From Chthonomonadales bacterium (GTDB taxonomy: Bacteria; Armatimonadota; Chthonomonadetes; Chthonomonadales; CAJBBX01), in NCBI GenBank assembly GCA_049967475.1, contig JBMFSQ010000002.1, positions 32,001-96,000 on the forward strand: a stretch of 64,000 nucleotides of DNA, given 5' to 3'. Position 1 is the stretch's first letter. Each line of letters opens with the position of its first letter. A program made the translations under genes and the position numbers. This document shows positions 57,573 through 64,000 of this stretch, piece by piece. Below the pieces are notes generated by a model that ran no database searches, was not told the origin of the DNA, and saw only the letters and a list, made by a program, of their open reading frames with translations.

Positions 57573-58337
57573 ATGCGTATCCACATCCTTGGTTCAGGAA
57601 CCTCTCACGGAGTGCCCATGATCGGGTGCACATGCGCTGTATGCCGATCTCCCAACCCCCGCAACAAGCGGACGAGGCCCTCCATAGCAGTACAAAACGG
57701 AGAAGAGACGATCCTGGTAGACACCACCCCGGAACTACGGCTCCAGGCGCTCGCATGCGGCCTCACCCGGGTGGACGCCGTGGTATACACTCATACGCAC
57801 GCAGATCACGTGTTCGGCCTGGACGAGATCCGCCGCTTCAATGACCTGATGGGCTGCGAGATCCCGGTCTACGGCGACCCAGGCACGCTGGAAGATCTGC
57901 GGCGCATTTATAGGTACATCTTCACCGACACGCAGGAGGGTGGAGGTAAGCCCCGCATCCGCCTGCACACCGTGCCGCCGGAGTTCACCCTGTGCTCCAT
58001 CCGCGTACGCTCCTTCACCGTGATGCACGGGCAGCTCCCCATCTTGGCCTACCGCTTCAACGACGCCGCCTATGTTACGGATGTAAGTTCCATCCCGCCG
58101 GCTTCCATGGAACAACTGCGGCATCTGGATCTCTTGATCTTGGATGCCGTGCGCTTCGAGCCCCATCCTACACACTTCGGCCTCTACCAGGCGCTCGATG
58201 TGGTGCAGGAGCTGGCGCCCCGCCGTACCCTCCTTACCCACCTATCCCATCATTTCGACCACGACACCGTCAATGCCCAACTCCCACCCGGCGTAGAACT
58301 TGCCTACGACTGCCAGATCGTAGACTTGGACGCCTGA
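57573..58337 (+). CDS. MBL-fold metallo-hydrolase (PhnP-like phosphodiesterase)
   Basis: LGSGTSHGVPMIGCTCAVC, THTHADH, YVTD, HPTH and THLSH motifs. Confidence 0.9.
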   Translation: MRIHILGSGTSHGVPMIGCTCAVCRSPNPRNKRTRPSIAVQNGEETILVDTTPELRLQALACGLTRVDAVVYTHTHADHVFGLDEIRRFNDLMGCEIPVYGDPGTLEDLRRIYRYIFTDTQEGGGKPRIRLHTVPPEFTLCSIRVRSFTVMHGQLPILAYRFNDAAYVTDVSSIPPASMEQLRHLDLLILDAVRFEPHPTHFGLYQALDVVQELAPRRTLLTHLSHHFDHDTVNAQLPPGVELAYDCQIVDLDA

Positions 58338-59329
58338 AGCCGGCGGTTTCTCAACCCACGCGAAACGGAGCTTCCCGCAGCGCCAAGTTCACAAACTCCT
58401 TCTTCGTCGAAGATAAGGGCTTCCTGCTTGGCCTCGTACCATCCAAAAAGGGAAGGCGATGACGGGTCGTGGGCGCCACGCACGGTGTCTCGATTGACTT
58501 TTCGGTGCGTCGCGTAGCAGTACTTACAGTCGTACAGACACGTGTCGTACATCCCTATGTCTTTGCTTGCGACGCAGCCGCACGCTTCACGCTGGTTCTC
58601 GTCCTTCTTGCGCCCTACTTGAATGCCGAAGACGCGTTCGATGAGGTCATCGTCAATGCACTTGCCATGTTCGATGCCGTAGGCGGAAAGGTCCACCTTT
58701 TCGGCGCATGAGACCACCTCTTTGAACTTGTGGCGCTTGGCGGCCTCAACGACACCTCCGAAGAGCTTCGCAAGCGTCTTTTCCTCGATGTCACCTACAT
58801 AGGGTGCCAGGTTCGGACCGAACAGCGTTTTGAGGCGGCCTCGCGCCGACCGGTAGTCGTCTACGATGCTCACGACCACGCGCTCGGCCTTGCCTTCCAG
58901 AGCAGCGGCAATCGTTTCGAACCGCTCTCGGTGGTATTCGACGGGTGTGTCGGGTGAGAGGATGATTGGGTCGTAGCGCCAAATAACGCGCTGTGGGCCC
59001 ACCCGATCGGACACGTCCCGAAAGGTACGGATCGCTGCCGCCAGCTCGGGAGAAGCCGGCTCGATCTTGCGAGGGTACCCGTTTACGGTGTACTGGAAGT
59101 AATAGCGGAAGCCGTACCGGTCCAGCTCATCGAGGTAGGCCAGCATCGGCCGAGCATTGCGCGTCCAGAACACGATCACGTCCACGTCTTGGGGCTTCAA
59201 ACTCACGTCGGACACTTGATTGCGGTTGAAGGGGTTCGGAACACAGCAATGCCCTGCGCGAAGGCGGTTTACAAACCACCTGGAATAGAACGCGCAAATA
59301 TCCGTACGACGGCTGGCACTGATGATCAT
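58304..59329 (-). CDS. DUF1848 family protein
   Basis: MIISASRRTDI.AFY..WF, IVFWTRN, WRYDPII, SCAE, GKCID, CGC..S.DIG.YDTC...C.YCYA. The 3' end overlaps the convergent MBL gene. Confidence 0.88.
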   Translation of the reverse strand: MIISASRRTDICAFYSRWFVNRLRAGHCCVPNPFNRNQVSDVSLKPQDVDVIVFWTRNARPMLAYLDELDRYGFRYYFQYTVNGYPRKIEPASPELAAAIRTFRDVSDRVGPQRVIWRYDPIILSPDTPVEYHRERFETIAAALEGKAERVVVSIVDDYRSARGRLKTLFGPNLAPYVGDIEEKTLAKLFGGVVEAAKRHKFKEVVSCAEKVDLSAYGIEHGKCIDDDLIERVFGIQVGRKKDENQREACGCVASKDIGMYDTCLYDCKYCYATHRKVNRDTVRGAHDPSSPSLFGWYEAKQEALIFDEEGVCELGAAGSSVSRGLRNRRLQASKSTIWQS

Positions 59330-59426
59330 TTCTCTTGCCCTTTGATCTCTGCTGGAGCGCGTGCACCAAGGCGCGGGCCTTCTCTTCTCACAAGGGATCG
59401 GCTGATTTCGTAATGCGCCCTTCGTC

Positions 59427-59597
59427 CTAAGACGCGAGCCACGCCTTCGTAAAGATGGCGTCCCAATCCCCCGGCAATGGCGCAATAAACGTGGATCGGA
59501 CCGTGTCGGCGATCAGTATGCTGTACATGCGCACGATAGGGATCAGTTGCTTCAACGCCTGAGAGAAGTCTCCAAACGTAGGCAGTTGCCCGTCCGT
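59427..59597 (-). pseudogene. Possible C-terminal gene remnant (resembles HEPN/AbiU2-like tails)
   Basis: Open frame TDGQLPTFGDFSQALKQLIPIVRMYSILIADTVRSTFIAPLPGDWDAIFTKAWLAS* with no start or RBS. Confidence 0.3.
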
Positions 59598-59619
59598 GCT
59601 CGATGCGCAGCCCCCACGG

Positions 59620-60795
59620 CTAGCCCACCACGCCGTTCAGCGATGCCACACACACATCCACATTTCCCCTAAGATGCGAAGCAAACACAAGCCGGCGGCC
59701 CTTGCGGTCCCACCCCACATGGGGATGATCGCCATGCCCGTACGTTCGATGCCCCTGCGTCACCAGATGCATACGCGTGGTGTGGGCGTCAAACACCACG
59801 ATGTCGCCGTGCCAATTGTCCGCCGCAGCCCAACGGCCCTGCTCATCGCCCGCGGGATGCCACCAGTTCCACTTGGCAAGCTGGGCAGGGGTTCCCTCGG
59901 GCCACCAGGCTCCTGCTCCTAGGATGCGCACATCGCCCGTGTGGGTGTCCAGAAGCTTCACATGGGACTCACCTTCACGGTATCCGCCACAGAAGAGCAT
60001 TTGATCGCGCACCCACCAATGTTCATGTGTCACAAGCTCTCCAGGCGCCCCATGATAGGCGGCCCGCGGCTCGCCATGCCGCACATCCAAAACCATGATG
60101 CGCTCCCGGCGACCCGCGAAGCTCAGGTGATGCGGCGACGAACGGCTCCACTGCACGTGGCCGCCGAATTCCTTCATCCTGCAGACGAGGCGCGCATGCC
60201 CATCGCGGATCCCGACGACGACGATCCCCACATCCCCTTCAGCCAGCCGCACGCCCACACTCAAAAGGCGCCCGCTGGAGTTCTCGTTGAGGCTCGTCAC
60301 GGGAGCGACAGCTGCTTCGAGCGTAGTGATGAGCCGTTCCCCGAGCCACACGCGTGAGGCAATGCGGGCGGGATCCGCTGAGGGCTCAACCCGGGGTGTC
60401 AGCTCCAGGACCTCCCGGCCGCGCAGCGCGTAAAAGCTCGGGCGCAGTTTGGCCGCTGTAGCTCCGGCAAGCGGCCCGCGGGGTGTATGGAACCGCGCCA
60501 GCTCCCCCGTCGCAAAGAGATAGCCCATGAGCCCGCCGCGCTCGCGGTCCGATGTAAACAGGAGGATGCTCTCGTCCGCCAGAAACGACCGCTCATGAAA
60601 ATAGAGGTTCAGATCGCGTGACGGGCCGCTGGTCACGAAGAGCAATTGAGCGCCCGTAGCGGGATCCTGCATGCGAACGTGCTCGGGAGCCGACACATCC
60701 ACAAGGTATTCTTCCTGCATCGCTGTTTGGTCCCCCATCGCACCCACTGCCACAGCGTACGTTCCTGCGCGCGCCAGGAATTGACGCCGGCTCAT
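59620..60795 (-). CDS. Tat-signal beta-propeller protein, oligogalacturonate-lyase-like
   Basis: MSRRQFL; D..TG......T...LYF; GHVQW, THEHW and HPH motifs. Confidence 0.7.
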   Translation of the reverse strand: MSRRQFLARAGTYAVAVGAMGDQTAMQEEYLVDVSAPEHVRMQDPATGAQLLFVTSGPSRDLNLYFHERSFLADESILLFTSDRERGGLMGYLFATGELARFHTPRGPLAGATAAKLRPSFYALRGREVLELTPRVEPSADPARIASRVWLGERLITTLEAAVAPVTSLNENSSGRLLSVGVRLAEGDVGIVVVGIRDGHARLVCRMKEFGGHVQWSRSSPHHLSFAGRRERIMVLDVRHGEPRAAYHGAPGELVTHEHWWVRDQMLFCGGYREGESHVKLLDTHTGDVRILGAGAWWPEGTPAQLAKWNWWHPAGDEQGRWAAADNWHGDIVVFDAHTTRMHLVTQGHRTYGHGDHPHVGWDRKGRRLVFASHLRGNVDVCVASLNGVVG

Positions 60796-60909
60796 CCGAC
60801 CTCCATCCTTTGGCATTATGGTGCTCCTGATAATCACGAAACCGGACTGCCGTCCGTGGTGGCCGGCGAATTCCGCTGAACCAACCGTTCCTGCGCCTCT
60901 GCACAGCCC

Positions 60910-61770
60910 TTACACACGATCGGAGGATCCATGGGGAGCATGTGAAGGCGTTGCAGCGCTGGCCGCGCCCGGTGCAGGTGCGCGGGGCGCCTTACCGGAC
61001 GCATCGAGCTGACGCACCATGGCTGCGAGGCGCTGCGTCTCCGCAGATGGCGGCACGCCCAGCTCGTCCTGAAGCATATGCTCGAGGTTGGTGAGCGCTG
61101 TGATAGCGCGGGCGCGTTGCCCCAGCTCGAGGTGCAGCGTGATGACATCGCGATGGACACTCTCGTGAAGCGGCAGGAGGTTGAGGCCCCGCAAAGCGAC
61201 TTCCAAGGCCGCCTCCCGCTGGCCCCTGTGCCGGAGACCCTCCACTGCCTCATGCAGAACGCGGGCTGCAAGGGAAGCGAGGCGATCGCGTTCCGGCGGG
61301 ATCCAGTCGTCATAGAGGCCGGGAAGCAGGTCCCCGCCGTAGAGATCCATTGCGGACACGAGCTGGTCCACGCGCCGGTCCTGAGATGCATCGAGATGCA
61401 GGGCAGTATTCGCCGCAGTCACGAAATCCTGCACATCCGTCCTGACGCCTTGGGGATTGAGTGCCACATGAGAATGGGTCGCAACAATCACCGAGCCTCT
61501 TTCCAGCGTGGGCGGTTCCAAATGCTTCCGGAGCCATGATATGGCCTGACAGAGGGAATGACGACCCCGCAACACATCTGCGTTGGGCCAAAAGTGCTCC
61601 ACCAGTTCGTCGCGGCCGTAGGACCGGCCCAGGTGGTGCGCCAGCATCCCCAACAGGGAGGCCGTCTGTCGAGATTGAAAGCGCGTAATCTGCACTTCTC
61701 CCCGATCTACCCGCAGTCCACCCATCAGGTGCACGTACCAAAAGTGTCCGGCTCGTTCATTGTTCGTCAT
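60910..61770 (-). CDS. SARP/AfsR-type regulator (wHTH + BTAD only)
   Basis: LMGGL.V, RDELVEHFWP, SLCQAISWLRKHL, TDV.DF, LYGGDLLPG..DDW, ELGVPPSAET. Start uncertain. Confidence 0.85.
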   Translation of the reverse strand: MTNNERAGHFWYVHLMGGLRVDRGEVQITRFQSRQTASLLGMLAHHLGRSYGRDELVEHFWPNADVLRGRHSLCQAISWLRKHLEPPTLERGSVIVATHSHVALNPQGVRTDVQDFVTAANTALHLDASQDRRVDQLVSAMDLYGGDLLPGLYDDWIPPERDRLASLAARVLHEAVEGLRHRGQREAALEVALRGLNLLPLHESVHRDVITLHLELGQRARAITALTNLEHMLQDELGVPPSAETQRLAAMVRQLDASGKAPRAPAPGAASAATPSHAPHGSSDRV

Positions 61771-62010
61771 TGGAACCATACCCGATGTCCCCCATGCGTT
61801 TAGGGTGCATGGCAGGAATAAAGCTAATCTTAGTACGCCGTTGTACATCTTAACTCCTTGCACACCCAAAGGGTTACTCGCATGGGCCTCGGTGAAGCGG
61901 AAAGTCTTTTGCGCCGATAATGAGCTGTTGCAGAACCTCCGTTGGACACGTTGGGCTTGCTGCGATGGATGCCGTTTAACGTGCAGGACGCAGCGCATCA
62001 GAGGCGCATC

Positions 62011-62685
62011 GTGATCATTATCCCGAAAGCTTGGAACAACGGCCAGGTTGCCGATTACGAACTCCTATACACACCGGAAGAAGTAGAGGAACTTGCCCGC
62101 ACGCCCGGTTGCAAGGTGCATGCCCTGCGCAGCATGTTGGAGCCGCGCGGCAAGATGCTTCGACTGAAGGGCAACGCATGGGCGCTCCAGGGAGCCAACC
62201 TTCGGGCGGAACGGGCGCGGGTGTTGGCCAAACTGAAGCGCATGGCCATGGATGAATGGGAGCTCTTGAGGAATGTGCGGACGCACTTTCTTGGCGTGGG
62301 CGCCCGCAACTGCTGTGCAGCCGGTCCGGACAACCGGCGCCAGTTCTACCGGTGGGATGCGGGAGGGCTTCCCGCAACACTGCACACGCTCACACAAGAA
62401 CACCCCGTGCGGTTGATAGACATCAGCCCTGCCGGCGCCAAAATCGGAGGCGCGCCGCCCCTATCGTCGGGCGAGCAGGTGGTGCTGGCAGCGATTCGCC
62501 CGGAGGCGCGCCTCATTCTCGCATGCGAGGTCGTCCGATGCGATGCATCATCCGGCACGGCAGGCCTCCACTTCATCGGCGTAACCCCAAGCGACACCGT
62601 GGAGCTATTCCGCTTCATTCAGAGCCTTCCAAATGCTGCCCATCCCCAAAACCATGCCGCGGCTTTAACCGGAGGCGCAGCCTGA
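62011..62685 (+). CDS. PilZ-domain protein
   Basis: NRRQFYR (RxxxR) and DISPAG ([DN]xSxxG), then CEVVR..GLHF. Start uncertain (61942-62011). Confidence 0.75.
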   Translation: MIIIPKAWNNGQVADYELLYTPEEVEELARTPGCKVHALRSMLEPRGKMLRLKGNAWALQGANLRAERARVLAKLKRMAMDEWELLRNVRTHFLGVGARNCCAAGPDNRRQFYRWDAGGLPATLHTLTQEHPVRLIDISPAGAKIGGAPPLSSGEQVVLAAIRPEARLILACEVVRCDASSGTAGLHFIGVTPSDTVELFRFIQSLPNAAHPQNHAAALTGGAA

Positions 62686-62794
62686 TATTCCGGCCGATCC
62701 ACCGCTGCCAAGCGAAGGATTGTGCGGCCCCGCCATCTAAGATAGGGGTGTGGTGAAATCTGCCGTCGCACCCACATGAGCCGAGGAATGTCCT

Positions 62795-64000
62795 ATGTTC
62801 ACGCTCCTCTTGGTCCTTGCGGCCACCTTCCCATGCGGCGCCGGCATGTTTACTCCAGGGGGTTCCCGGATGATGGATCTCACACACGCCTCCGTATTTG
62901 CTGCCTCTGCCTCTCCACGCCGCACGAAAGCCGCGACGATGCTGGTGGAAGAGGTGGAGAAGCGCACGCGCATCCGATGGCAGGTGACCTACACGCCTTC
63001 CCGCCGGCCGTTTATCGCCCTTGGGACGACGGAAGAGTTGAAGGGCGCCGGCCTTCTTCCCGAGGACCATGCCCCCCGCCTCAAACCCGAAGGGTATCGC
63101 ATCCTCGCCGATAATGCACGCGTCCTCGTGGAAGGTGCCGATGACCGCGGGGTTTTCTATGGTGTAGGCTACCTCCTTCGCACGATGTCCATGCGCCGGG
63201 ATGAAGTCTTTCTCCCGGAGCCGCTTCACGTAGACACGGCACCCCATTGCCGCATCCGCGGGCATCAACTGGGATACAGGCCGAAAACGAACTCCTACGA
63301 CGGCTGGACTGCCCAGATGTGGGAACAGTATCTGAGGGATCTCATCGTCTTCGGTGCCAATGCAATCGAGTTGATCCCTCCCCGCTCCGATGACGAGCCC
63401 GACAGCCCCATGTTCCCGAAGCCGCCCCTCCCTATGATGGTGGAAATGTCGGGGCTGGCCAACGAGTACGATCTCGACGTATGGATCTGGTACCCGGCCA
63501 TGGACCCTGATTACTCGCAACCCGGAGCTGTTGAGAAGGCGGTGCGGGAGTGGGCTCAGGTCTTCAGAGCCCTTCCCCGTGTGGATGCTGTGTTCGTACC
63601 GGGCGGCGATCCCGGCCACACCGATCCCGACCACCTGTTCGCGCTGCTCGAGCAACAGGCGGCATCGCTTCGATCCATCCACCCGCGCGCCCAAATGTGG
63701 GTGTCGCCCCAGGGCTTCAACTCCAAGTGGTTGGAACGCTTCTTCCAGATCCTCCACGACGATCACCCGGCATGGCTTTCCGGAGTAGTGTACGGCCCGC
63801 AGGTGCGCATCCCCCTCCGGGAGTTCCGCAAACGACTGGATGCGCGGTACCCCATCCGGGATTATCCCGATATCACGCACACGCGGCAGTGCCAGTACAC
63901 CGTTCCGGATTGGGATGTCGCCTACGCCGTAACTGAGGGGCGCGAACCCATCAATCCTCGCCCATTGGATTACGCCCGCATCATCCGTGCGACGCAGCCC
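62795..64000 (+). CDS. Exported glycoside-hydrolase-like protein with GH20b/GH67-type N-terminal domain (partial, runs off window end)
   Basis: Open frame from ATG 62795: signal peptide, KPEGYRI..VLVEGADDRGVFYGVGYLLR, RGHQLGYRPKTNSYDGW, FVPGGDPGH and YPDITH. Confidence 0.75.
   Translation, partial: MFTLLLVLAATFPCGAGMFTPGGSRMMDLTHASVFAASASPRRTKAATMLVEEVEKRTRIRWQVTYTPSRRPFIALGTTEELKGAGLLPEDHAPRLKPEGYRILADNARVLVEGADDRGVFYGVGYLLRTMSMRRDEVFLPEPLHVDTAPHCRIRGHQLGYRPKTNSYDGWTAQMWEQYLRDLIVFGANAIELIPPRSDDEPDSPMFPKPPLPMMVEMSGLANEYDLDVWIWYPAMDPDYSQPGAVEKAVREWAQVFRALPRVDAVFVPGGDPGHTDPDHLFALLEQQAASLRSIHPRAQMWVSPQGFNSKWLERFFQILHDDHPAWLSGVVYGPQVRIPLREFRKRLDARYPIRDYPDITHTRQCQYTVPDWDVAYAVTEGREPINPRPLDYARIIRATQP

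Overview
GC-rich bacterial chromosome segment, most likely Armatimonadota. This is an inference from the mix of Terrabacteria-type markers (large Alu-domain SRP RNA, 4-domain S1, SLH protein), diderm markers (Lnt, an LptD-like barrel) and several prepilin-type '[29 protein letters not shown]' DUF1559-like genes. Housekeeping genes present: ffs-dnaX-ybaB, murA-mreB, lnt, polA-rpsA-coaE, tRNA-Leu(CAA), rpsU and a sulfite/nitrite reductase. Three accessory regions stand out. (1) A ~18 kb co-oriented cluster (15.2-33.3 kb) has three large exported proteins sharing a ~430-450 aa C-terminal module that ends in an FlgD-like Ig domain and a terminal Arg. They are interleaved with two CsgG/FlgT-like proteins and an Ig+LptD-like beta-barrel, making this a candidate dedicated export or surface-assembly system. 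(2) A ~2.9 kb cassette bounded by a 168-bp perfect direct repeat that carries a promoter -35. It encodes a 45-aa Phr-like secreted peptide missing from the ORF track, a 9-Cys small (lipo)protein, a membrane-anchored exported protein, a CxC thioredoxin-fold protein and a 4-TM protein. (3) Three DUF1559-like prepilin genes, each paired with small single-TM Pro/Gly-rich proteins (one missing from the ORF track), with LacI/GH144-like and TPR/CRTAC1 neighbours and a duplicated promoter. Family assignments come from motif recognition only; no searches were run.
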